A DNA stretch of 64,000 bases from Camelus dromedarius (lineage: Eukaryota), in contig NC_087437.1 of NCBI RefSeq assembly GCF_036321535.1, positions 24,802,001 to 24,866,000 of the forward strand, written 5' to 3'. The position numbers and the translations under genes are program-made. The notes beneath the pieces are model-generated. The model did no database searches, had not been told where the DNA came from, and saw nothing but the letters and a program-made list of their open reading frames with translations. Each line of letters begins with the position of its first letter. The stretch's first letter is position 1. This document shows, one piece after another, positions 24,498 through 37,778 of this stretch.

Positions 24498-26499
24498 CCA
24501 AATCAAAATGTCAACAAATCAAAAAGCAAAGAGAAGATTACAGAGGTATTTACGGTGGGTCCCAGTGGCCCTTTAAGGATTCCTTTTAGTGAGAAACACC
24601 ATGACAAGAACAGTCCTAGCAATTCTCAGTGCTTCACTAATCCCTAGGCTCATTAATATCTGCCAAGATGTGGCAGTTATGACCCACGTGGTTTCCTCAT
24701 GTGAAAATAAACAAGTAAATACAACTTCAGGGAACAAAGTGACAATTTTTGTAACTTGTGAAGGGAATCAGTAAGCTAATACATGTATTTATTTTTGTTG
24801 TTGTCTACATGCAAAATTCCACAGGATACGTACCAATCTACTGAAAATGGTTTTATTTGGCTTGTCACACAAAATACATAGAACTCAAACAAATTTGAAT
24901 TGTTTGTAAAGCCAGTTATCTTTATCCATAGCAGGGTTCATGAAGTATGGATGTAATGACATTCTGTCAATATTGCCTGTCTTGTTCAGGGAGACTGTTC
25001 GTTAAGTGAAGCTATAAACTTTCTGTCATAAGGCATATGTACTGTTTTTGAATTAAAAATAGTTTTAGTACACAATTATGACTTTATTCTTATTATGATA
25101 CGCAAGCAAGCATATGGACATAGAGTTCACTGTGAGCCATCTTCCCTTGGTCAAAGCCCCTCACACCCTCAATGTGTAATCCCCTCCCAAGAGGGAACCA
25201 GCGCTAGCATTGTGCTGCCTGACTTGAAGTCCTTCATCTGTTTTGGGTATACATATATGTCTCTCTAAGTATAGTTTCTTTTTTACACAAATTATACTGT
25301 ATACACCAATCTGTAAAATTCTCAATGAAATCTGTAATGAATATTTATGACCTTACATCGAGAGTATACTCTCTCCTTTTCTGGTTAAAAGCAAGTAACT
25401 GTCTGTTGGAGAACTCATTTTTTTCCCTTGCTGACCCCAAGCTCTGGGTAGACTTGACCCAGCCATGCTTCCTGGATGGACCCTGACTAGTTTAGTTAAT
25501 CAGCATACTCTCCCCGAGGCCACAGTGACTGGCTTCTGGCTGGGCTCTAAACCCACCTGAGCCAATGAGAAAGGGATGGCATGGCTGAGACTGGAATGCG
25601 AGAAGCTGTGATAGGTTTGCAAATTCAAAGGATGAGATCTTTCTGCAGGCTAAACCTGTTTTTTTTTCTTTAAAAATAATCAACAAGGCAGAAATTTCAG
25701 GGTATCATTGTTCTAACAGATCAGTGGATGTGTGCATGGCTGCCTGATATTGCCTGTTCAAAATATTACACAACACTAAGATGTTATGCTGTAGGTTCAA
25801 TGTGTTGCTTGTGAGAGTTCCCAGTTTTTTAGTATTTACAAGCAGGATTCACTGCCCCTTGCCCCCAATACACATGCATACTTTTTGGCAGGCTGCCTGG
25901 GCTTCTACTTCAAAGAAAGAGGGCTATTCAACCTCTCTCATAATGCCTTTTCAGGTAAAAATGATTGGCAGTGATGATATCCAATCGAAACTGCATTATC
26001 CAATTTGAGATGGGTTTAATGAGTCAGATCCTCCCCTGGCCTGTATGACCAATATTAAGCAGCAAGTTAATACTAGGATTAGATAAATATTTCCCATAGG
26101 AATTACATGTTTGATTGATTGCAAGCTTATGAATCGATCTGTCTTCCACAAAGGAATCTACAGATCTTAGGGTGACTTTCTTGAGAGTCATAGTTTCTCT
26201 GCAGTTTTTAAACTAGAGAGAAGACAAACATGATTAAATATATGGAGAGTATAAAGGAAACTTCAGACCTATAAAGAATATGACCAGAAAAGATAGAAAA
26301 GTCAATTTCTTTCTTGAGAGTTACCAGAAGGAATCCCTTTCTATTGGAAATATTCAAGGTGAGTGAAGATGTAGTCTTGTGGCTCTTGAGAAATCCCACC
26401 CCAACACCCACCTGGCTTTAAAAACTTTTCTTACTGAAGCAGTTTGAAATGAGTTTTTTTTTCACCAATTTCAGCTAAGAGTCCTGACTAAAGGAGAGC

Positions 26500-27800
26500 T
26501 TGTGATACAGAGATAAGGCATGGTTTCTTACCCCCAAGGAGTTTATAATGGAGGCAGATACCAGAATAAAGGACTACAATGGCTGTTTTGACCTTTTTAA
26601 CATTATGTGGCTGAATCTGTAATCAAATGAATAGAGGTAACATTTGAGCAACAACTGAAATAAGTGAAGAATTGTGAGGGTTTATGGATAAAAAGCATCC
26701 TTGTTATGGGAATGGCAAGAGCAAAGTCCCTGAAGTGGACCACGCTTGGCATGTTCCAGTCTCAGCCAGGAGGCCAGTGTTAAGGAGTAGGGTGAGCAAA
26801 AATTAGAATGTTAGTTGCTGAAGTCAAGACAATTACAGGCGGCCAGATCACTTCAGGTCTTGTAATCCATTGTAAGTACTTCAGATTTTACTCTGAGTGA
26901 CAGCGGAAGGCACTGGGGGCTTTTGAGCAGTGAGTAACATGATCTAATTTGCGTTTGCCAAGATTTTTTTCTGGCAGCAACGTGGAGAATATCTGAATAT
27001 CTGCAGAAACGGCGAGACCATTTCAGAGGCTATACCAGCAATCCAGTGAGTCATAATGTGGCTTGAACAAGGGAGGGGAGATAGAGATGTTGAAATTTAA
27101 ACTTAAAAAAAAAAAAAAGCCATAGGATTTGCTCATGATTTGGTATTAACAAAGAGAGGAGGTAAGAAAAACACTAAGAGTTTTGGCTTGGGTTGTGGAA
27201 AACTGGAGGTACCACTTATGGAGATGGAAAATCTGTAAGAAGGTGGTTTTGGAAGCTTGCAAGTGAAGAGCCTGAGTTTGGACACACTACATTTGAGACG
27301 CCTGTTGGATGATCAAATAAAGATGAGAGCAGAGGTGGTTAGGGAAAAAAAAAAAAAACCCAAAACTCTAGAATTTGAGAAATGTCTGGGCTGCTGACAT
27401 GCATTTGGGGTATATTAGCATATAGATGGTATTCAAAGGCGTAAGGCATCCGAGATCACCAAGACAGAGTGTGGACAGAGGACAAAAGAGCTCTGGGAAT
27501 AGATCCCTGGGACATTCGATGACATTTAGAGTTGGGAAGAGGAGTAGGAATCATCAAGTGAAACAGAAGGAGCAGCCAAATAGGGAGAAGGAAGACCAGG
27601 GAGGAACAGTGTAACCAAGGAAAGGAAGGGGTACAAGAAAGGATAACTTATCAACTCTGTCAAATACTGTCATGTAAGCTGAAATCTGAACACTGACTGT
27701 TCATTTTAGCATGCAGAGGTCTTTAAAGGCCTTGACAAGAACAGATGCGTGCAGTGGGGGACAAAAACTTAAAGTGGGTTCAAACAACAATGGGCAGACC
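26500..27800 (-). mobile_element. L2 LINE fragment
   Basis: acatttgagca, gcaaagtccctga, cttggcatgttcc, ggaggccagtgt, ttttgagcag...catgatctaattt, cagaggtctttaaaggccttgacaaga. Confidence 0.8.
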
Positions 27801-30800
27801 AGAGGGAGACGTGAGTTTCAGAGCCTTTAATTAAAAAATTGATCATTACTATTAAGAATTATTTTTCATGGCAATCAGTAAAGGAATTATTACCATTATT
27901 ACATTTTATTTTGCTAATGAAAAAGCCAACCTGATAGTGAAAATGAGCAAATGATTGGGAAAAAGAAGAACCAACTACAAGAGTGAAATGAGGTCCTTCA
28001 TTAGGGGAGAGGCTTGGTATTTAGTATAGACGAGGTGGAGCTGGCCTTAGACAATGACTTTATTCATTATGGCACATTCATGATAGGAGGACAGACAAAA
28101 TATATGCCTGTAGATATAGGTGGGTTTGTTGACTTGATGATGGGAGTGGAATTCCCTGTGCAACTAAAAACAGAGCAAATCAAACAGAACATGGGTGTTA
28201 AAATGCAGCAAACCTGAGAGTTCAGTGAAAATGGTGACTTAGAACCAAAAGTAAACATGAAATCCCCCACAGATTCCACAGAAATCTTGGGGAAGCCTTT
28301 GAGTCTCCTCAGCTGACATCTGGGTTGTTTTAAACACATAGAATCACACACGCATATGCATGCACACACACACACGCACACCTCTAATTACGCAGAAATA
28401 AACATCTGATCTAAAGGCAAATTATTGAAACCAGTGTTGGTTGACTACGATACTTTGTGAAAAATTGAATCCTTTAAGCTTCCATTTTATATGCAAAATA
28501 GAAGCAATACTTCATTTACGTATAGCTTGTCAACACAGCTATATCTATTCAAATCCCTTGTAGATTATCTTCATTTGATTTCCCATAGATATTCCGGACA
28601 TCCAAAATCAAAATAATTGCTCCTCTAACTTCTCCACCGTGTCAACATGTTTGAATGAATGGACACCATCATGGACCAGGTTAACCAATTCTTCCACCCT
28701 CAGTATTTAACCTAGACTCGACTCTGCTCTCCCACTATCTAAAGTTTAATTGCTAAACAAGTTCTGAAAATTCTACCCTCTAAATATGTCACCTTATCAT
28801 AATTTATGTTTCTGATACCTGAAATCTAGGTCTTTGTAAATAAAATAGCATGAGTTCCCACACCTTTCTTTGGATTTTGTTTTAACTTAATTTTTATTGT
28901 TTCTTAAATTGTGTTTGTGTTGTCATTGTTGCGTTCTTTTTTTTTTTTTTCTCCTCCCACAAGCTTTTGCTTTTATTTCTTTAGTCTTAAAAAATGAATT
29001 CTTCAACCACTTCAGCATTTCTGGTTCCATTTCTTATCTAGAGTTTCTAACATTTTTCATAAAATATTTATCTGCTGAATATAGATTCTAGTAGAATATT
29101 ATCTACTAATATATACTAAATGTATCCTAAGTATCAAACACCTTAGATTTTGTTCGAGTTGTAGAGTATTGACTTTCAACTTTGCAAAAACGTTTCTGTA
29201 TCTGGATTTCCTGCTTTCCCCTGCATTTGAATAGAGTCAAATAGCCTTATGAGTAACTGAATCTTTTGTGCAATTAGAAATTTCCCCTGCATTATAATTT
29301 ATAGTATGGTTGAATTGAGCGACATGTAATGAGTCATTTTACTGAGGCTTTTAAGGAAGTTATTTCTGAAGGTCTGCCTAAGAGGCTAAAGTATGTCTGA
29401 ATTAAAAAGAATGACAGGCTGCAATCAGGACTATAAAATAAAGGTGCTCAGTAAGCAGCCCCATTACAATCAGAAAGTGAAGGAAACGGATCTCTGTCTT
29501 GTGCACAGAGACAGAGGAAGTGATGAATACCTTAGGTAACTCATTCTGTGCAAAATCAATCTTTCCCTGTCAATTTTAAATGAACTAATTTGTTCACAAA
29601 TCTGCTCAGTCAGTTTGGAAGCATACTCTGTTCCTTCATATTAGCAAATCCTTTAATCTTGACTAGTCCGCTGAGTAAGAAATCTAGAAATGTGTTAATA
29701 TGATTGGACATCTGTAGTAGGATAAGAATTGATTCTTTTAATTAGTGTCTGCTCAAGTTAGAGTCCCTTTCTTGGCTGAACTATTGACCTACTAATATAG
29801 CAAGAGATTATGTTATGACTAACATATATCTAAAGTTCAGTTTAACTCTTTCATCGTCAGTCAGTATTGCGATAAACTTTGGAGACTAAATCCTTTATAT
29901 CTTTTTAAAGGACTATTTAGCTTTATGTGTTATCATGTGGAAAATATAAATGCATGAATATCTGAACATTAATTCATTAATTCATGAATTAATGAATAAC
30001 ATTAATTCATCTACCAATTGTTCACTGAGAACAGCTCTTTCTATTTGGGGAATCCAAGTTCTTCATAAATTTAATTGTCACCTATTGAAATGAAAAGATG
30101 TCTAATACCATTTCCTGCACGAGCTTCACTTTTAAATAATTGGAATTATATGCAAATGTCCTCCATGGCATTGTAGAATAATGCGAGAAAGAAATCCAAG
30201 AAGTAACTGCGTGTGAATGTAGGATTTTTTTTAAGAGATATGGAAATAAGATATTGTAACTACGTGGTTCTCTTTCTGTTATTTTACATCTATCAGTAGT
30301 TACTGAATAGGCATGTACAATTTGATTTAGAAAGGGAGCAATATGGAAATTTTGTGTTAAGATGGATGACTATAAAAACCTAAAGATACATTTCAAGTCT
30401 ATTTAGGTTTTACTTTAAAACATTTTTTAAAAAATGTATTCTATAATGAATTACATCTGGCTGTGTTAAAAGAAAACCTATTGATGGAAATATTGAAAAC
30501 CATTGTATTCATTTATATACACATCCTATATTATTTTTGAAAGTCTGTATTAAAAAGATGATATTTTGTAAGTGTTATCAGTATGGCTATTTTACCAGTT
30601 TTTAAAAAAGATTTCCATCCCTTAAAATAGAGCATAAACCAGCATTTGAGAGTGGCTATGTTCATGCATTTCATGTAGACCAAGGTGAGAAATCTGGAAG
30701 AATCAAGTTCAACAAATATTCATTGTACATCTTCTGTGTACAATGTTCCATCCTAGGTATTTTGTGGGATTTCAAAAGCTGTCACAGTCCCTGATTTAAA

Positions 30801-30879
30801 GGAAATTTTAATTTAAACTTTAATCTCAAAGGATATGTATTATTTTAACAAGAAAGTCAGTTTTATACTTTGCCTGAAA

Positions 30880-31790
30880 CGATACCTTATCTCCTCCCTC
30901 AAAACTGCCCTATCTCTCTCTACCGGTAGGTAGCCATTCCCATCTCACTTGTAGCAACTCCATTCTTCCAGCTGATCGAACAAAAACCTCTGGGATCCTC
31001 TTTAATTCCTCTCATATCTTCTCATTCCATGCCTAATTGAGTAGGAGTTACTTTTGCTTCTATCTTAAACTTTGTCCAAAATTAAAGTGTTTCATCCTCT
31101 CATTGGTGCCGGTTATCACCGTCTCTCTCCTGGATGTGGTGGAGACTCTTCATTCTTCTTGCTTCTGCCTTTGCCCCTCCCCTCCCCTACATTCTAAGAG
31201 AACACATTTCAGAGTGATCTGTTGAAACTTAACTCAGATGCCATCATCCTTCTGTTGAAAACCTTTTAATAGCTCTCTTTTTCACTCATCACAAATGGCT
31301 AAGTACTTATAGTGGTTTACAAGGTCCTTAAAGAACCTGCTTTCTCTTATTCCTGTGACCTCATCTCCTCCTTTCCCTCTTATTCTGTTACGGTCACATT
31401 GGCCCTCTAGCTGTTGCTCGAGCACACCATTCACGCTGCTGCCTCAGGGCCTGGGTACCAGCTGCTCCCTCTGCCTGTGAGGTTCCTCACCCAGGTAGCC
31501 ACGTGGTCAACACTTGTACCGCCTTCAAGGCTGCTCAAATGTCTTATTCTGCCATGACAGCGATATTTAAACTCTCAAATTTCAACCCTGCAATCCAAAC
31601 CCTCCTTGTCTCACTTATTTATTTTTGTCTTAGCACTTACCAATTTCTAACTTACTATGTAGTTGACTTGTTATGACTACTGCTTGTTGCCTGTCCCCCT
31701 AGAATCTCTGTTTTGTGTGCTAATGGTATTCTGAGAGCCTAAATTAATGCCTGGTACATAGTCATATTCAGTAAACACTTGTTGAATAAA
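30880..31790 (+). mobile_element. L2 LINE 3' region
   Basis: gctgcctcagggcct, ctcaaatgtc, tagcacttacca, tgcctggtacatagt...cagtaaacacttgttgaataaa. Confidence 0.85.
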
Positions 31791-32703
31791 AAAGAGTTAA
31801 TATTTATACTAGATTGTGGTTTGAGTGTAAAATAATCACAGTTCTTAGGAGTATAACTATTTTGTTTTATGTTAGTATGTTGCATTATTATCTCAGTTCT
31901 TTGTTTCTTTTTTATTTCTAAAGATATACTATGAATTTCCTTCTAAAGCATTGATATCTGCATTGGCTTATGACAATGATGCTATCAAATGAATCAAGTG
32001 TTAATATATTTGTCTCACTAGTTTTATCTATTGGTGTTTTGAACTGATTTGTGGTTGCAAACTCAGTGAGCTCTCTTTTCTAAATACTTTGGTTTGTTTG
32101 TTGAATGATAGTTTTGTAAATAGTTCTGAAGTAAAAGCTACTGAACAATCTCTTCTTATTTACAAATCCAAATTTCCCATTTGTTCAAGACATATGATGA
32201 AAAACCCCAAGTATTAAAAAAAAATTAACTTCTTCTTTCCAAAGTATACTTCAACAACTATGCTCTATTATAATTTATTGGTGGTCACTGTTCTTCAAGT
32301 TTAGATACTTTATATAAGCTCCCCTATAGGTGCTGTGGAATTAACTGATTGAATTTGAAGCCTGTTTGTCTGTTGGTGTTAAATAATGCATCCAGTATGT
32401 TGAGAGAGATAACTGGAAGAGGGGATTTTCTGGGTACTGACTATGCCTTGAACCACTGGTCTTCACTGGTGTATTTTATCAAGATAGGTTAACATCTAAT
32501 CAATAAATCTTAACTTTTTTAAGATCACAACTTCTAATTGTGTGAAATGACTTACCTGTTTTGAAAGTCTCAAATTAAATTTGCCAACACGGTCTGTTGG
32601 TGAGGCTCTGTGAAACAGGTACTCCTGTGACTTGCTGGCAGGAATGCAGCATTCCTAATGGAGGGAAATTTGGTAATTTCTAGCAAAATTACATATGCTT
32701 AGA

Positions 32704-33094
32704 ATCTTGAACCGATTTCTCCAAAAGCAGAGCCTGCAATAGATTTCCATGTATAAATGGATAATTAGGTAAGATCTCCTAGGAGACACTGCTAAGGGAG
32801 TGAGGGCAAGAAAGAGTTTAACTTCAGGCAGTGTTTTCAGAAAGCAGCTGCTGCCTAATTCACAGAGGTACCTGGGCTTTTGCACTTTGACACCAGCCTG
32901 TATCCTTTGCTACAAGCCACTATGGAAGGAGGTAAATTCCTAGATATTCCTCGGTACCTGCACAAGTATCTTGAGGCCAGTTCTCCAGGTGAGCTGCAGG
33001 CTGTAAGGAGCAAAGACTCAGGGTTGCTGGGTAAGGAATGCCCAGACGTGGGAAGAAGGGAGGTAGTGAGGGAGCACAGACTGTCTCTGCTGTA
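32704..33094 (-). mobile_element. ERVL LTR (LTR16-like) inside L1M
   Basis: ctccaaaagcagagcctg...gatctcctaggagacactg at the left and gggagcacagactgtctctgctgta at the right; L1 sequence resumes on both sides. Confidence 0.6.
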
Positions 33095-33436
33095 TTCAGC
33101 AATCCCACCTCTAAGGATATATTCCAAAGATATGCTGGCAAAAATCCAAAGTGATGACTGCACAGGGCCACTTATAGTGGTGTATTGATTATACCAAAGA
33201 ATGGAATTAACCCAGATATCAATTAATGGGATACTACTGGGTACATCCACATATTGGAGAACCTCACAAAATGACTGAGGAAAGTATCTATCTACTGATA
33301 CAGAATTTTGTCCAAGTTCCATTGTTAAGTGAAAAAAAGCAAGTATGCTAACCCTTATCTAAGAACGTAGGGGAAATATGAATATTTATATATATTACTT
33401 CCTTATATTTTTTCAAATATATATATTAAACCCCCC

Positions 33437-33580
33437 AATTTTTTTATTGAAGTATAGTCAGTTACAATGTATCAGTTTCTGATATACAGCATAATGTCCC
33501 AGTCATACATATATATACATAAATTCATTTTCATATTCTCATTATGGTTAAAGGTTTCATTGCATTAAAGGTTATTATAA
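33437..33580 (-). mobile_element. Short camelid-type L1 3' end
   Basis: ttttttattgaagtatagtcagttacaatg...cagcataatgtcccagtcatacatata. Confidence 0.8.
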
Positions 33581-34357
33581 ATGTATTTAAAAATTTTTTT
33601 TATTTTAGGGGGAGAGGTAATTAGGTTTATTTCCAAAATTAATAGCAATAGTTACTTTTAGGGGAGCAAAGAAACAGAATGAATGGGACAGGGTTGGAAA
33701 TAAGATTCCTGTGGTGCACATTGTTCTGAAGCTCTGTAACTGGTTAACGTAGCACACACAGATTTAAATGTGAAAATTCCCTAAAAACTGAAAAACAATG
33801 GAAACAAATGAACATTTTATTGGTTCGAAGAATAACCACATAGAGAAGAGAATTACTTCAGGTGACTTTGAAATATTATACTTTGAGTGAATACCCTTGG
33901 TGTATTATAATCAAAGAATAAAAAAAAACTTTATTCAATATTCTTAACTTTTAATGAAATATTCATATTTATATTTTGAAATTATTATAGGTATATTTAA
34001 GAATAAATACAATTTAAAAGTATATTAATATTATTAGAAACCATTAATTTCTGAGCTAGAGAATAGAGATAAAATTATAAAATCATAGAAACTAAGTAAA
34101 TCTATAAAATCTTAAATTTAAAATATCAGTATTAACTCAAATTCATATATATATATATATATATATATTATTTATGTATTTGTTTCCTGGCTTTGTCCAC
34201 TGGAAAACAAGTCATGAAAACTCTGTAGCCATGTGCACCCCCAGCACCCAGGTTGTGGTCTCTAAAAATCATTTACCACCAAAAGAAACCAGAGTCCAGG
34301 GTTCCTTGGAGAAATGACTGATTCTGTATCTAAATGTAATGTAATGTAAATATATGA

Positions 34358-35230
34358 AAATCATACATCTGATAAAGGACTTGCAACCAGAGTATAACAA
34401 ACTCTTTCAACTCAATAATAAAGAAAAACATCTAATTATGGAAGTGGGCCAAAGATTTGAATAGACATTTTTGTTAAGAAGATATATAAATTGATAAAGT
34501 ACAAAAAAGACCCTCAATATCATTAATCATTTGGGAAAGGCAAAACAAAATCACAGAGATATCACTTTCAGAGAAAGTGACCTTAATAAAAATGGCAGAC
34601 AATAGCAAGTATGGTCATCCCTTGGTGTCCATGGGTGATTGGTTCCAGGACCTGCCATGAATAGAAAATCCGTGAAGTCCCATAGTTGGCCCTCTGTATC
34701 CTTGGGCCCCTCATCTGCAGAGTCAACCAATCATGAATCATAAAAATACTTCATGATCTGCAGTTGGTTGACTCCTCAGATCCAGAACCTGTGGATATGG
34801 AGGGATGATTCTGTATTTATTGAAAAAAGTCCATGTAAAAGTAGATCTGAGCAGTTCAAACCCATGTTGTTCAAGGTTCAACTGCATTGGCAAGGATGCA
34901 AAGAAATTGGAAAATTTGGAAACCTAATTCATTGCTAATGGGGATGTAAAATGGGAAGCCACTTTGGAAAATGGTCTGGCATTTACTCAAAATGTTGAAC
35001 ATAGAGTTATCATATGACTTAGGAACCCCACAACTAGTTATGTACCCAAGATAAGTGAAGCCATAAGTCCACGCAGTAGCCTGTACATGGATTTCATAAC
35101 AGCATTATTCATAATAGATGAAAAGCAGAAATAATCCAAACAAATATCAACACATGAATGGATAAACAAAATGTGGCACATCCATACATTGGAATATTAT
35201 TCAGCAACAAAAAGGAATGAAGCATACTTT
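34358..35230 (+). mobile_element. L1MB-type ORF2 C-terminal / 3' fragment, split by a Tigger element
   Basis: atctgataaaggacttg, gggccaaagatttgaatagacattt, cagcattattcataatag, atgaatggataaacaaaatgtgg. Confidence 0.8.
34612..34884 (+). mobile_element. TcMar-Tigger MITE (MER2B-like)
   Basis: gtcatcccttggtgtccatgggtgattggttccaggacc...cagttcaaacccatgttgttcaaggttcaactg; TA target at 34610-34611, right copy mutated to ca. Confidence 0.8.
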
Positions 35231-36116
35231 AAAAAAATGTATCTGTGAGGTCATAATGATACCTAAAACACATACACAAGCAAGCATAACTAGTTGCCAT
35301 TGGTGATTGTGTAGGCACCATCTTACTCTCCTGAAAATGGATGAAATAAAATGATAAAAAATTACATTTTTCAAATTATCAATTTAGCCTAAGCAATGTT
35401 TCTTATAGCCTCAGGATATTGAGAACTGAGAATATTAAAAAGCTGTAGGTTATACATTTGACAGTGTTCCTTACAGTGCGTCCAACTAAAAATCAAGTCA
35501 ACAAAGTTTGTTTTATACTTTATAAAACACAAAAATAAAGGAATTATGACAAGGTAATTATAAAATGGTATTATATTTTTATAAATTATAAATTATAAAA
35601 TGGTAAATAATGTTTACTTTTTTCCATCATAAATTTTTGCCCTTCTCTGAACTTTCCATTTTGTTTTCTTTGTTTTGTAGTACATGGATTCAACCACTTA
35701 TAGGAAATCCTGGTCCTACTGAAAACAAATTTGAATGCTAACTGTAAACAAATTTGTTTGCACAAGCATGAATACAAACAACTTGTGGAACAACCCCTTC
35801 TCCTTATAAATAGCATGAATTTTAAACCTGAAGCTTTCAGCAAGATGCTTTCGAATGGCCCTTAAAACTAATCAGCACCAGCAAAATATGGTCATGTTAG
35901 TAATGACATACATTAGATGAAAGCGAAAATAAATTTCAGTTTATATTAAAAGTAGAGAAAACTGATAAAACAATGATCTTAATGATTGCTTGATGTTTAT
36001 TAAAAATGAACAGAAAACAGAACACAATCCTGGACCCTCTCACCCTTAAATTTTGCTCACAGATGTAATAGCTTTAACAATGTAATATCTTTTTGCAAGA
36101 AAGTATATGTAAACAT

Positions 36117-36203
36117 TTTTTCAGTCTTTTTTTTTTTTAATGAACTCAGCACTTTGTGCATGCTGGGGTCTACCCCTCTACCGTGAGCTATACCTACCCC
36201 CCT
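36117..36203 (-). mobile_element. Degenerate tRNA-Ala-derived SINE (Vic-1 type)
   Basis: T-rich tail, ttgtgcatgct...ctctaccgtgagctatacc; perfect 14-bp TSD gtatatgtaaacat (36103-36116, 36204-36217). Confidence 0.85.
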
Positions 36204-37609
36204 GTATATGTAAACATATCTTTTCAAAATACAAGGCTGTTTTTAAGGCCCTCATTTGACTTCCAGAACCAATCCTAAAATCTCCAACCCAAGGCTACAG
36301 AAAGTCAGTTTCCATGTTGTTGTTACAGGGAAACAGCACAGGGGAAAGGCCAGTAGCGAGTAGTGGGACTGGTCAGTGCATCTGCCATCCCCAGGTGCTG
36401 TCTTGGCGAGACTTGTCAGTCCTCTCCGCCTTGTGCACTGATGCTGAAGACTCCCCCCCGACCAGACCCTCGTCACTTGCCAGGCTCTCCCCATCATGGG
36501 GAGTTACCCGGCAACTGATCCTCATGCTCACCCGGCTGTCAAAGCATTCCAATTTTTAATCGCTACATGACTTGTCAGATTCAATATGAACCACATGGCT
36601 ACAATTAAAACCTCTCTAATAAAAAGAAGGCCAAAAATGGGGAAAACTTTGGGCATGTTTCCTGTTAATGATCACATTCTGAAGCTAAGTTGGAGAAAAT
36701 CCTTCAACTGAAATTTGTGTTTACACATTGAGAAACTAAATTGTTATTCCCTTAACCCCCACAACAAAACAAAATGCTTGTGCCTGCTCTTATGGAATAT
36801 TTCTAACACTCTGGCTGGCTTACATAGAGTATATTTCCAGTATGGAAAAGGATCCATCTCCCATGATTAGGGAACAAAGCAGCCAAATTCCAGTTCCAGA
36901 TCTGTACCCTGCACCTGTCACCTCCTTACCTACTGGGAGACATTCTCTCTTTGCCTATATTTAGCTGGAAATGCTAAAGCATGTTTTTAAAAGTCTCTTT
37001 AAACTCAGGAGAATGAACTTTATCTTCCTGAAAATGTTACCGGAATCAGTCTCAGTTATTTTTCCCTCAAGAGTTTGAATTTTGAATTTCCACAGGACTG
37101 AGAATTACCCTGAAAATGGAAGGCAACGTTTTTACTAGTTAAAAATTAAAATTAGTTTACCTGAAGCTGTGTAATGGACATCGATCCTATGTTTTAGAAC
37201 GTGTTTAGAAGAGAAGCACCAAGTATTGTTATTTACTAGATTCTGACAAGGCTTTTATGTGCAGACAAAAGTCACATCAGCAAAGAGACGCATCAGGCTC
37301 TTTGTAGAAAAGATCTAATGGTGTCAATGATAACTGCAGACAGCCTGTTCTAATTCTACAGTGCCTTCCCCAGTGTTTACTGAGATTGAGTAAAGAAAAA
37401 AATGAGTCCTTGGAGACCCTATGCAGAGTGAATACCTTGGCAATTAGACAGTTTTCTGTCTTAATTCATTAAAATTTAACTTGTATCCTGGTATCTCAAG
37501 ATTTTTTTTTCCAGAATATTCACTTAGGTGTCCTTTTAGGTCTTTATGTTTTGAATACTGTCAAGCAGAAAAAAACTGTGATGAGTTAATCTATAGTTCT
37601 GTTCCGTTC

Positions 37610-37778
37610 TTTTATTTATTTTATTGTGGTAAGAACACAATATGAGATCTACCCTCTTAAAAAAATTTTAACTGTGCCATACATGACATTTGACTCTAGG
37701 TACAATGTTATAGCTCTCTACAGCTTCTTCATCCGGCTTACCTGAAACTTTATGCCAGTGATTAGTAATTTCTCATCA
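37610..37778 (-). mobile_element. L1MA9-like 3' end
   Basis: ttgtggtaagaacac...atgagatctaccctcttaa...ctgaaactttat. Confidence 0.75.

Larger units (their letters stand above)
32575..34330 (+). mobile_element. Old L1M (L1ME/L1MC-type) fragments, split by younger inserts
   Basis: tgttggtgagg...aaacaggtactc, cagcaatcccacctctaaggatatattccaaag, gggttccttggagaaatgactgattc. Confidence 0.65.

Noticed and set aside
32855..33322. Longest ORF (155 aa)
   Set aside because: It spans antisense L1 and an LTR16-like element, with no recognisable domain.
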